Shown piece after piece: positions 20,659 through 29,584 of a stretch of DNA of 49,055 nucleotides. Below the pieces are notes generated by a model, which saw only the letters and a program-made list of their open reading frames with translations, was not told the DNA's origin and did no database searches. The DNA is from a virus (Duplodnaviria; Caudoviricetes). Each line of letters opens with the position of its first letter. The first letter of the stretch is position 1. Where the stretch lies: the IMG/VR virus record IMGVR_UViG_3300046779_001940, positions 1-49,055 of that record; one strand, given 5' to 3'. A program made the translations under genes and the position numbers.

Positions 20659-21759
20659 TTATATTCTACTCTTGAACATGTTATAATAATTGTGATATTG
20701 TGCTTTTCTATTCATCTCCCATGTCTTTTTCAATTCTCTAAAATCTGGAGTATTAATAAAAGATAAGGCATTGTTTCGCGCAGCTCTCAGCTTTTGTTCA
20801 ACAAGTTGTAAATAGTTAAGAACATTTTCACCACTCATATACAAGTTCTCATATATTCTCTGTTTAAGAGCATACTCATAATATTCATTCACCAATGGGT
20901 GTTCCATCACAAGTAAGTTACCCTTGTCATCTTCCATAAGACTTTGATAGTTTATATAAACAACACCTTCATCAAAGTTTGTAACAAGAAATCCATTTTT
21001 AATGTATGCAACTCTTGGGTCATGACTGTTTACATTAAAACAATCAGCTGAAACAGATTTGCTTTTTTCAATTCTCAAAGGAATTAAATGATTATGTTCA
21101 TATCTTCTACCATTGATATTATATGACACAGCTTTTTTTCCACTAGCGTCACTGACAATTTCAGCGCTAACCCCACCACTTGTTGTAGCAATAGTATTTC
21201 CACCCATAACAACAATTCTTACTTCAGTAATAACTTCTTCAGACTCTGAAATAAGTTCAAAACTGTTGTTATCAATATGATGAATTTCAAATGTCAAAAG
21301 ATTTCCATCAATTCCTAATGCTTGCACAATTACGTTTGGTGTACCAACATTATGTGTAATTACATTAATTCCAGGAGTAATATTTCTTATAACACTATAT
21401 TGTCTTACATTACTACCTCCAGTTAACTTGAACATTTTTTGAGCAAGTAACACTCCTTCAAGCATTCCTTCAGTATAAGTTTTGGAACGCTCTTGAATCT
21501 GATATGTATTGTGACCCTCACAAACTAATGCAAAATTCAATACATAAAAATCCAAAGGAAGTTTTCCTTTACCTTTATGAATCTCAATTGCTTTTGAGCG
21601 TGATGGATTTACTTTTAAACCTAGATCATAATTTACCTTAATAGCAACTTTGATCAACTGCTGAGGATCAATTGAACTCTCTAAGTCGTATGTGCGCATG
21701 TCTATCTTGACACTTTCTAGTAGTTCATCAAAATCTTTATATTGTACTTCTGTCAACAT
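20659..21759 (-). CDS. Tail ring/tubular protein with a beta-rich insertion
   Basis: GKGKLPLDF and IKNGFLVTNFDEGVVYINY...DDKGNLLV motifs as in crAss ring proteins; immediately upstream of the muzzle gene. Confidence 0.65.
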   Translation of the reverse strand: MLTEVQYKDFDELLESVKIDMRTYDLESSIDPQQLIKVAIKVNYDLGLKVNPSRSKAIEIHKGKGKLPLDFYVLNFALVCEGHNTYQIQERSKTYTEGMLEGVLLAQKMFKLTGGSNVRQYSVIRNITPGINVITHNVGTPNVIVQALGIDGNLLTFEIHHIDNNSFELISESEEVITEVRIVVMGGNTIATTSGGVSAEIVSDASGKKAVSYNINGRRYEHNHLIPLRIEKSKSVSADCFNVNSHDPRVAYIKNGFLVTNFDEGVVYINYQSLMEDDKGNLLVMEHPLVNEYYEYALKQRIYENLYMSGENVLNYLQLVEQKLRAARNNALSFINTPDFRELKKTWEMNRKAQYHNYYNMFKSRI

Positions 21760-21777
21760 AGCGTTTTAAATTATAAG

Positions 21778-22449
21778 TTATCGTACTACGTGTTTTAAAT
21801 CTTGTGCAGCATCTTGAGGAATTTGTAACATAACACCTAAATCTCTCATTACAAATTGCTCAATTTCTGGGAACAAGTATTCAGGCACATTGAAAGAAGC
21901 ATCTTGTACATATTGACAATCATCTGCAGGATCACAATTGTATTTAGAAACATCACCTTCAAAAACACCTTCAAGTCTTATAGCATCCCATTCTAAATTT
22001 GGAAAATACAAGTAACCATCTAAATACCAGTAGTACTTTTTCTTATTGTATTTAAAAGTTCTTTGTCTTTCCATTTGCTGAAAAGTAGTAGGATAAGTAC
22101 TTGTAAGATCTTCTGATAAATCAATTGACGTAACAGCTCTAATCAAAGGTCCCCAATATCCATCATACATTTCAGGAAGTTTGTCTTTAGTTCTTTTAAA
22201 GTAACATCCTGTTTCAATACCATGACATTGAGCTTGTGCTCTATCAACTTCAATTAATTCAACAAAGTCTAGTGTTTGGAACACAGACTGATATTTCATA
22301 ATGCGATTCAAGTTGTCTTGTCTTCGCATCATAAGTTTTGCATGTTTGTTTACCAAGGAGTATAAAAAACGATCAGTCAGAAAAGCATCTTGCTTTACTG
22401 CCTTCACTTGGTTACGCACCCTTGATAATACTTCACCTATTGTAATCAT
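21778..22449 (-). CDS. Tail ring protein (crAss tail tubular-like)
   Basis: 223 aa with a YYWYLDGYLYF motif and Cys pairs; sits between the IHF-like gene and the ring/muzzle genes, as in crAss-like gene order. Confidence 0.6.
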   Translation of the reverse strand: MITIGEVLSRVRNQVKAVKQDAFLTDRFLYSLVNKHAKLMMRRQDNLNRIMKYQSVFQTLDFVELIEVDRAQAQCHGIETGCYFKRTKDKLPEMYDGYWGPLIRAVTSIDLSEDLTSTYPTTFQQMERQRTFKYNKKKYYWYLDGYLYFPNLEWDAIRLEGVFEGDVSKYNCDPADDCQYVQDASFNVPEYLFPEIEQFVMRDLGVMLQIPQDAAQDLKHVVR

Positions 22450-22451
22450 TT

Positions 22452-23033
22452 TTATATATCAAATTCGTTATACAATGCTATGTTTTTCTCAGCATCTTCA
22501 GCTTTTTTCATCTCATTAAGATTGTTTCTGAACATGCTTGATATTTTAATTTTAGGGTCAACCTCAACATATTGCTTCCATTTTTCAGGATATGTTTTGC
22601 CAACTGTTCTTTTGAAGGCTCTTGTTGCAACAAATCCCCAGAGCTCATGATTTTTAAACCTATACTTTGTACCATAAGTTGTATAAAAAATCTTTGCTAG
22701 GTATTGGTCACTTTCCCAATTGCGATGTTGAATTACTTTCAAGTACTCAGCACTTGTTTTAAAGTCAACGTTTGGTTTACGTTTGGGAGGACAAGTTCCT
22801 ATGAATAGATGACCAATTTGTTCAGGTATCTCTACACCATCTCTACTTTCTATAGCAGTCATCCAAAGATTTCCATTAAAAGTGTTGATGATTTCTTTAA
22901 TCTGTTCAGCACTAAGATCTTTGGCAGAAGGAACCTTTTGCTTTAACAACTCTATAAATTCAGAGTTTAAAGTTCCTTGAGCACTGCGTCTAAAACGAGG
23001 AGCATTGAGATTTGGCTTTTTGGCGTCTTTCAT
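22452..23033 (-). CDS. crAss-type IHF/HU-like DNA-binding protein
   Basis: Helix-helix followed by GVEIPEQIGHLFI (HU-like beta arm), and FVATRAFKRTV. IHF-like genes next to the tail genes are a crAss hallmark. Confidence 0.65.
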   Translation of the reverse strand: MKDAKKPNLNAPRFRRSAQGTLNSEFIELLKQKVPSAKDLSAEQIKEIINTFNGNLWMTAIESRDGVEIPEQIGHLFIGTCPPKRKPNVDFKTSAEYLKVIQHRNWESDQYLAKIFYTTYGTKYRFKNHELWGFVATRAFKRTVGKTYPEKWKQYVEVDPKIKISSMFRNNLNEMKKAEDAEKNIALYNEFDI

Positions 23034-23040
23034 ATGTTAC

Positions 23041-23060
23041 CTACAATAAGAATTTACTAA
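23041..23060 (-). promoter_or_regulatory. Putative phage late-promoter motif
   Basis: TTAGTAAATTCTTATTGTAG on the minus strand, just upstream of the ATG at 23033. Confidence 0.45.
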
Positions 23061-23096
23061 ATTTTTGCGACATTTTAAAGAAGTTCCTTGATTAAA

Positions 23097-24449
23097 TTAG
23101 ACTGTGTATGTAAATTCACTTATCAATCCTTTCTCAGAATCATGAAGATGTATTAATGCAGAACGTTTGTTTCCCACGTATTTGTTATGATAGTGGTAAT
23201 AGTCTGATGAGGTTAACGCTGGAATAATTCTTGTTACAAAACCATTCTGTTCATTTTCTGTAATAAACTGTGTTGTTTTTCTACCGTGATAGTGACCTGT
23301 ATACAACATTCTAAATTCTGAGTTACCCCATTCAACAGGAAATTCCACAGCATAAACTAAAGGATTATTTTTTGCTGTTACATCACCATGCTCAAAACAT
23401 AACATATTTTGACCATACATAACTACCTTTCTCTCAGCGTAGTTTACATTAAATTCTATGCCGTCCCAACCTTTGAATGCTTGAGACACAGCATGCAATA
23501 AATGAAAAGAGCTAAGTCTATCATGATTACCAGGAATAAACAGAATCTCTAAGTTCTCACAAAATTGTTTAGCTGTTCCTATTGCTTGACAAATTGCATC
23601 AAACGCTTTTACATAAGCTTCAGTTGCCATTTCTGAGTTTTCTACTGGAGTTCCTTTAGTAGTTGTTCCACCAAAAGTATCCATGTTCAGCGTATCTGGG
23701 CCTATTACAAACACTATCTTCTCTAAAAGGTAGTTCTTGTTAGCCTTCTCAATTAAATAGCTTACAGCGTCATTTAATATGACACCCATGTCTTCATTGT
23801 TAACTTTTCCAAAATGAAGATCTTGTAATGAAAGAACCCCACATACTTTTTCTTGAGAACTAGTGTTCTGCCAAAAAGCTGCAGGGTCTAAAGGCGTTAT
23901 TTGAGGAACTTGATATGTTTCAAGTAACTCTAAAAAACTGTGTTGTATTTTTTCTTCTTGAGGTATTCTACTAACAAGAGCAGACACCAACCACTTTGTT
24001 CCTTTCTCTTTATTCCAATACTGAGAAAGTTTCCATTTTTTTGTGTCAATTTTAAGAAGCTCAATAATTTCTTCAGCACTTCGCGGTTCTGTAGAAGATA
24101 CTCCTGTAATTTTACTTGTACCTGAATCAAGATCTTCATGAATTTCAATTCTTTTTGAATCTTCCTCTTTGTTGTAGTATCTGTCTTTAAAGTCAATGCC
24201 TAACTCTTGTTCTAATTCAAATAAAATTTCTTCATTTGATTTTGATTTAGATTTTTTAGTTAAATTTGCTTCAACCATTTGAATGATGACAGAGTCAATT
24301 TTATTGCCTGCATCATTTAACACTTTAATCACCTCTTCTTTTATCTTCTGATAATGTGAGAGTGAAATACCAATTCTTTGTGATTCAGCTTCTGCTGATT
24401 TTTTACGTTTTAAGCTGTGGTAAACTGCTTCTATAACATTCATAAGCAA
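23097..24449 (-). CDS. Calcineurin-like metallophosphoesterase with an N-terminal extension
   Basis: All metal-binding motifs are present in order: DLHFG, GPD, GNHD, HGD, GHYH. Confidence 0.85.
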   Translation of the reverse strand: MLMNVIEAVYHSLKRKKSAEAESQRIGISLSHYQKIKEEVIKVLNDAGNKIDSVIIQMVEANLTKKSKSKSNEEILFELEQELGIDFKDRYYNKEEDSKRIEIHEDLDSGTSKITGVSSTEPRSAEEIIELLKIDTKKWKLSQYWNKEKGTKWLVSALVSRIPQEEKIQHSFLELLETYQVPQITPLDPAAFWQNTSSQEKVCGVLSLQDLHFGKVNNEDMGVILNDAVSYLIEKANKNYLLEKIVFVIGPDTLNMDTFGGTTTKGTPVENSEMATEAYVKAFDAICQAIGTAKQFCENLEILFIPGNHDRLSSFHLLHAVSQAFKGWDGIEFNVNYAERKVVMYGQNMLCFEHGDVTAKNNPLVYAVEFPVEWGNSEFRMLYTGHYHGRKTTQFITENEQNGFVTRIIPALTSSDYYHYHNKYVGNKRSALIHLHDSEKGLISEFTYTV

Positions 24450-24472
24450 GGATTTACAAGGTTTGAATTTAA

Positions 24473-24480
24473 CAAATGTA
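24473..24480 (-). promoter_or_regulatory. Bacteroidota sigma-ABfr -7 element
   Basis: TACATTTG (TAnnTTTG) about 24 nt upstream of the phosphoesterase gene and downstream of a terminator. The -33 box is imperfect. Confidence 0.5.
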
Positions 24481-24520
24481 GTAAATTTTTAAAAAAAAAT
24501 ACTGAAAAGATTTGGTTTTT

Positions 24521-24551
24521 AAAAAAGATACCCCCAGCTTTCGCCAGGGGC
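24521..24551 (-). terminator. Intrinsic terminator
   Basis: GCCCCTGGC-GAAA-GCTGGGGGT hairpin followed by ATCTTTTTT, after the Cys-rich fibre gene cluster. Confidence 0.8.
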
Positions 24552-24597
24552 ACTTCTCTAATGGGCAGGAAAACCAACAAACCTACTCATCAAAATT

Positions 24598-25368
24598 TTA
24601 TAGAATAATGTTATCTACAGTGTTATCATGACCAGTTACAGCAGCTCCACAAATGTCAGCTCCTGAAGGGAAGTATGCCCCGCTTACGCAAGGATCAATA
24701 TCACCATTAGTATTACCTGCCAGTACTGTAATTGTAAAACCTTGTGTAAATGGTGATGCACATCCAGCACCTGGTTGAGACCAATAAACATCTACGTTAA
24801 AGTTTGTGTCAACAGACACAGGAGTATCTAAAGCTATAGATGCACCCATGTAGTCATCAATTGTGCCCCCAATACATGGTTGCATAACTCCACTAACAGA
24901 AGAAACAGTTACATTTGTAGGTTCTGTACAAGGACCATTTGATACTACTTGTACTTCTCCTCCTGCACTTACACTTCCTTCAAGTGCACAGAATGTATTT
25001 GCGTCATATCCGTTTACACCACCTATCTGTAAAGTCTGAGGTGTTCCATCACAAGCAATATAATCAACACTTTGGGCATTAGTTGCACTTGTAGCAGCTG
25101 TATAAGACAAACAAGCGGTTGGCTCAGGACAAGGAATTCCTGTTACAGTTGCTGTTACAGGAACACTTTCTGTAGAAAGAAATTCTCCTGGAGGACAATT
25201 TGTTGTAACTGAAATTTCATAATCAACACCACAATCAACATTGTTTACAACAACAGGTGATGATGATTCTTCAATGCAAACAAAAGATGGGGCACCAACA
25301 GGCTTATAGCAAACATTATAGCTTGCTATGCCTGGAACTGGTGTAAAATTTATAGTTAATGTTGCCAT
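24598..25368 (-). CDS. Cys-rich beta-sandwich (FN3/Ig-like) virion decoration or fibre protein
   Basis: N-terminal FN3-like pattern (LTINFTPVPGIASYNVCYK...YEISVTTNC); Cys/Thr/Pro/Gly-rich. Confidence 0.55.
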   Translation of the reverse strand: MATLTINFTPVPGIASYNVCYKPVGAPSFVCIEESSSPVVVNNVDCGVDYEISVTTNCPPGEFLSTESVPVTATVTGIPCPEPTACLSYTAATSATNAQSVDYIACDGTPQTLQIGGVNGYDANTFCALEGSVSAGGEVQVVSNGPCTEPTNVTVSSVSGVMQPCIGGTIDDYMGASIALDTPVSVDTNFNVDVYWSQPGAGCASPFTQGFTITVLAGNTNGDIDPCVSGAYFPSGADICGAAVTGHDNTVDNIIL

Positions 25369-25383
25369 ATGACTTTTTATTTA

Positions 25384-26835
25384 TTATGTTAAAATATCTG
25401 TAATTGTTCCTGAAACATTAGTTGGAGAAGGACAAGCTGATAAGCATGTTTCTACAACAATGTTAGCTGTTGATACTGGATCACAGATTGAACGATCTGA
25501 TGTTTTGAAAATTTTTGCAAAATAAGTTCCACCTGAAAGACCTGTAAATGTATGGGTATATGCTCCAGGATTTCCTGTTGGAGTCCAGTTATGTGTTAGC
25601 ACAGGAACTGTAGGATTTGATGCATTATATAATGTTACATACAAATCTGTTGCTTCACCATTATCAGTAGCAGAAACACTTAAAGTTTCACAAGTATTTG
25701 AAACTCCACTAACATCTGTCACTGGAATGCAAGGCATATCACAAGGTTGAGTTTCCACTAAAACAGGACAAGGTGTTCCACCATTAGATGCTGGTGTTAA
25801 AATTGTTCTTGTTCTAGTTTGAGTACCTTCCACACACTCAGACCACGCTGACCATTCTGAAACTACACAGTCTACAGGGCATCCTGTCACAGCAACAACT
25901 GTTGTTAAAATTGTATCACATTTTACAGTACCTGCATCTTTGTAAATTTTCACAAAATAATTTCCAGCAACCAATCCTGTGAAAGTATGACTATAAACAG
26001 TAGGAGATCCTAGCGGAGTCCATATTTTAGTTGCAACCACCACAGTTGGTGCATTATTGTTAAACAACTCTGCATATAATACTGTAGCATTTCCATCATC
26101 AGTTGCTGATACTTGTAAAGTTTCACAATTATCAGATAACACTGTCACATCTGTCAAAGGTACACATGGCATGTCGCAAGGAGATGTTTCTGTTAAAACA
26201 GGGCAAGGAGCACCACCACATGAAGCAGGTGTAACAACTGTTCTTGTTCTGGTTCTAAAACCATCAACACATTCTGACCATGCACCCCATTCAGACACAA
26301 CACAGTCAACAGGTAAACAACAAGCTCTTGTTTCTTCTAATTCAGGACAAGGTTGACCACCGCATTCAGCAGGACTCACAATTGTTCTAGTTCTAGTTTG
26401 AATGCCATCTATACATTCAGACCACTCGCTCCAAGCAGAAACAACACAATCAATAGGTTCTGAACAACATTCTCTAGTTTCTACTAAAGGAGGACATTCT
26501 GCACCACCATTTATTGGAGATTGAATAACAGTTCTTTCTCTTGTTTGAACTCCGTCAATACATTCACCCCATGGTCCCCATTCAGATACTTCACAATCTA
26601 CAACAGGAGGAGTTCCATCACAGCAATCACAAAGTCTTGCTGCAATTATTTGAATTACGTCATTTAAGTTAGCACCTGTCTCAATACCAAGACATTCAAT
26701 AGTAGGACCAGTATATCTAACACATGTGTCTAAAACTATTTCATCACATGGTTCACCAATACAATCTGGTGGTGCTGGAACCTCTATACAAGGTTCTGGT
26801 TGGTTGCAAGGTTTGCAATATTGATTAGGATACAT
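25384..26835 (-). CDS. Thrombospondin type-1 (spondin-like TSR) repeat fibre protein
   Basis: Four repeats of DCxVSxWxxWxEC...TRxRTxxxPxxxGGxxCPxLxETxxC, plus two duplicated Ig/FN3-like domains (HTFTGL...YFxKIxK). Confidence 0.85.
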   Translation of the reverse strand: MYPNQYCKPCNQPEPCIEVPAPPDCIGEPCDEIVLDTCVRYTGPTIECLGIETGANLNDVIQIIAARLCDCCDGTPPVVDCEVSEWGPWGECIDGVQTRERTVIQSPINGGAECPPLVETRECCSEPIDCVVSAWSEWSECIDGIQTRTRTIVSPAECGGQPCPELEETRACCLPVDCVVSEWGAWSECVDGFRTRTRTVVTPASCGGAPCPVLTETSPCDMPCVPLTDVTVLSDNCETLQVSATDDGNATVLYAELFNNNAPTVVVATKIWTPLGSPTVYSHTFTGLVAGNYFVKIYKDAGTVKCDTILTTVVAVTGCPVDCVVSEWSAWSECVEGTQTRTRTILTPASNGGTPCPVLVETQPCDMPCIPVTDVSGVSNTCETLSVSATDNGEATDLYVTLYNASNPTVPVLTHNWTPTGNPGAYTHTFTGLSGGTYFAKIFKTSDRSICDPVSTANIVVETCLSACPSPTNVSGTITDILT

Positions 26836-26854
26836 CTTTATATAATTTTTTTAT

Positions 26855-28417
26855 TTATGTTAAACATGTGTTTTCACCAGGACATGCTACAGCTCTATCT
26901 CCTGTAATTTCTTGAATACAACTGTACAATCTTGTTTCAGGAGCGCATGGATCAGCACCACATTGAACATATCTTTCAGAGTAGTAAATATGCTCTACAA
27001 CAGACATTCCTGTACTAAACGTTTTAGTAATTGTTTCTATAGAAGCGCCTGAACAACTTCCATTAAGATCATAATTAAATGAAATATTGAATGGTGCATA
27101 ACCATTTCCAACAGTTGCGTTTGTATTAATATCTTTTAGTGTAAATGTTGTTTTTCTACGTCTATTTACAAAAGACTCACCGCCACAGAGTTCAGTAACT
27201 TCATCATAGTTTGTATCAACAACATCAACACAGTACAATACAGATGTTAATGCAAGCTTATTTACACTTGTTGCTACAGGAGCATTATCACAACTATATT
27301 CAGCAATAACTTGAACTTGATAGTTTTTAGCAGGATCTGGTACAACTGTTACATTGTACGATGTTGCAGGATAAGCAACATTTGCATTAAAAATTGGAGA
27401 ACCTACAATTGTTGTTCCATTCCATTCGTAAGCTTTTACGTTATATTGAATTGGATTTTCATTAGCACCAACAACTGGAGCATCCCAAATAATTGTAGAA
27501 CCAGATACAGAAAGATTTGTAACAGCCACATTTGACACAGGTACAGGCACACAACCAGTAGTTGTTCCAGAACAACATGCTTGAATAGCTGTTCTCATAT
27601 CACAGATTGTAAGCCACATGTTTACAATAGTTTCTGACAACGTAGATGGACTTGAAACCCATCCTGGAATTTCAGACATTAATTGTTCTGAATCAGTAAG
27701 TTGAGGTGCTGAATCTAAACCAGCACATTCTTTTCCAATTGCTGTAGATAGTGCAGCATTTGTTCCAAGCAAAGATGTCAATTGACAAAATTTTCCTTCA
27801 AAAGAAGAAAAAGCTTGGGCAATTGGTACAACAGTTCCAGGGACAGGGCTACTTGCACATTGAGATACAACAGAAATTGCACCTGCTGAACCTCCTCCAG
27901 TAGATGCATTTTCAAGTACTGTAACTCTTCCTTGCAAGTTTGAAATTGCAGAGTTAATACTTGTAATGTTTGTTATAATTTCACAAATCTTAGATGCCAA
28001 GTACTGACTGTATTGAGCTGGCAAAAGAGATGTTATTTCATCTCCATCTTCAGTATAATACAAACAAGCTGGTAAAGATATAGGTGTTATAACACTGCCT
28101 CCAGAACCATCTGAACAACAATTTTCTTCAAAGAAACATTGTTTATCAATTATAGCTTGTAATGTTGCAATAAGTGTAGTAGGTTCTGCAATGCCTTCAT
28201 CAATGATGCATTTGAAATCTAAACCACTAATATCCACAACACCTTCTGTGATATCACAAAGTACTGTAGCAAGATTATAGACAACATCAGTCACAGTATC
28301 ACCCTTGCACAAATTAATACAAGGAATATCTGGACCTTGCCAGATAACGCAAGAAGAGGATATTTTAGTACATCCTTCCTCTGGTTTCAAATGCATATTG
28401 CTATTTAATGGTTTCAT
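26855..28417 (-). CDS. Cys-rich fibre protein with a coiled coil and an FN3 domain
   Basis: Cys-rich N-terminus (SSCVIWQGPDIPCI), heptad segment ITSINSAISNLQGRVTVLE and an FN3 pattern (PVSNVAVTNLSVSGSTIIWDAP...YQVQVIAEY). Confidence 0.65.
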   Translation of the reverse strand: MKPLNSNMHLKPEEGCTKISSSCVIWQGPDIPCINLCKGDTVTDVVYNLATVLCDITEGVVDISGLDFKCIIDEGIAEPTTLIATLQAIIDKQCFFEENCCSDGSGGSVITPISLPACLYYTEDGDEITSLLPAQYSQYLASKICEIITNITSINSAISNLQGRVTVLENASTGGGSAGAISVVSQCASSPVPGTVVPIAQAFSSFEGKFCQLTSLLGTNAALSTAIGKECAGLDSAPQLTDSEQLMSEIPGWVSSPSTLSETIVNMWLTICDMRTAIQACCSGTTTGCVPVPVSNVAVTNLSVSGSTIIWDAPVVGANENPIQYNVKAYEWNGTTIVGSPIFNANVAYPATSYNVTVVPDPAKNYQVQVIAEYSCDNAPVATSVNKLALTSVLYCVDVVDTNYDEVTELCGGESFVNRRRKTTFTLKDINTNATVGNGYAPFNISFNYDLNGSCSGASIETITKTFSTGMSVVEHIYYSERYVQCGADPCAPETRLYSCIQEITGDRAVACPGENTCLT

Positions 28418-28644
28418 TATAATGTCTTGATTTTTTCTTCAATACTCAGTTTACTACAACCTCCTCCAAATGTCAAACCACAAGTGTTCATTTCTGAAGA
28501 TCTTTTGTAAAGCTCCATAAGATCATGAGCAAAGTCAGGATCTACTTTAGCTTTACAGCTCTTGATGCCGTATCTCTGTTTTCTATAGGAAATAAATACA
28601 GAGTCAGCAAACAATTCACTTATGTGTTCTAATGGAGTAGGCAT
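28417..28644 (-). CDS. Small structural-module protein (75 aa)
   Basis: Clean ORF with stop/start coupling to its neighbours; RYGIKSC motif. Confidence 0.55.
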   Translation of the reverse strand: MPTPLEHISELFADSVFISYRKQRYGIKSCKAKVDPDFAHDLMELYKRSSEMNTCGLTFGGGCSKLSIEEKIKTL

Positions 28645-28645
28645 C

Positions 28646-28831
28646 TTACTTGTTATTTTGAGAAGCAGCGTTCATTGCAGCAAGTTTTAATTGCTCATCT
28701 ACTGCTTGTTTTTTCTTGATTAATGAGTTTTCATAAGTAGTAACACAAGAGCTACATACTTCTCTACCATCTGTGGCAATTCGCTTTTGGCATCCACAAG
28801 ACAATTTTGATTGGCAATTTTGGCAATTCAT
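28646..28831 (-). CDS. Small Cys-rich Zn-binding protein (61 aa)
   Basis: Start moved to the ATG at 28831 (MNCQNCQSKLSCGCQ...CSSC), which removes the overlap with the upstream gene. Confidence 0.6.
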   Translation of the reverse strand: MNCQNCQSKLSCGCQKRIATDGREVCSSCVTTYENSLIKKKQAVDEQLKLAAMNAASQNNK

Positions 28832-28853
28832 ATCACTATTGGTTTTATAATTA

Positions 28854-29456
28854 TTAATTACATGTGCTACAATTTCCATAATGTGTGTTTGCAGTAGTGC
28901 AAGTAACACAACATCCAGTCATATATTTTTTCAAAAGTTTGTCAGCATAAGCCAACATTTCAACTCCTTGTTTAGGAGCATGACAATATTCAGTTTTTGC
29001 TTTTGCTGCGTCAATGTACATTTTAATGTAACGCAAGTCATGCAATTTCTGATGTTGTTCAGGAGAAGGCTCACAAGGTTCAAGTTGCACTTTGCAAAGT
29101 TCCTTATAGTAAGCATTCATGATACTAGTGGTTCTTAAATGATAATATTCAACAAATACTTTATCATTTGGAGATACACTGTATTTAATTGTGTAGAGGC
29201 CGTCTGGTAATGGCAATAAGTTTTCAGCTTGTTGGTGTTGTAAACTAAAATCTTTGGCCGTCAAGTTTAATGCAAAACCTGGGGTCAAAGTTGGTTCAGT
29301 GATATACAAAGGTGCAGCAAAGCCTGGTAAGAATATGTCTAACCTTGGGCAGTCAACAGGAAGACTAGCAGCATAGTCTGAACTATCCCAAATTTTTAGG
29401 ACAGTGTCACATGCTGTGTCTGGGATGTCTAACGCCAGAATATGTTTTATAGCCAT
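28854..29456 (-). CDS. Putative tail hub/fibre-docking structural protein
   Basis: Ig-like N-terminal half with an LPDGLYTIKYSV motif and a helical Cys-containing C-terminal half. First gene of the fibre operon. Confidence 0.5.
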   Translation of the reverse strand: MAIKHILALDIPDTACDTVLKIWDSSDYAASLPVDCPRLDIFLPGFAAPLYITEPTLTPGFALNLTAKDFSLQHQQAENLLPLPDGLYTIKYSVSPNDKVFVEYYHLRTTSIMNAYYKELCKVQLEPCEPSPEQHQKLHDLRYIKMYIDAAKAKTEYCHAPKQGVEMLAYADKLLKKYMTGCCVTCTTANTHYGNCSTCN

Positions 29457-29480
29457 TTTATTATTTTATTACAATTACCT

Positions 29481-29499
29481 CTACATTAGAATTTACAAA
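29481..29499 (-). promoter_or_regulatory. Putative phage late-promoter motif
   Basis: TTTGTAAATTCTAATGTAG, directly after a terminator and about 25 nt before the ATG at 29456. Confidence 0.55.
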
Positions 29500-29510
29500 A
29501 AATATCCAAT

Positions 29511-29559
29511 AAAAGCAAAAAAAGGAGGGAAGAGTTGTCCCCTTCTCCTCCTTCTTTGC
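29511..29559 (-). terminator. Intrinsic terminator
   Basis: AAGGAGGAGAAGGG...CTCTTCCCTCCTT stem followed by a T tract, downstream of the 384-aa structural gene. Confidence 0.8.
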
Positions 29560-29584
29560 AGTGTATGGAAAGCAAGGTCAGTTA

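Noticed and set aside
24598-28417. Diversity-generating retroelement acting on fibre genes
   Set aside because: No reverse transcriptase and no near-identical TR/VR pair differing at adenines; the repeats are diverged domain duplications.
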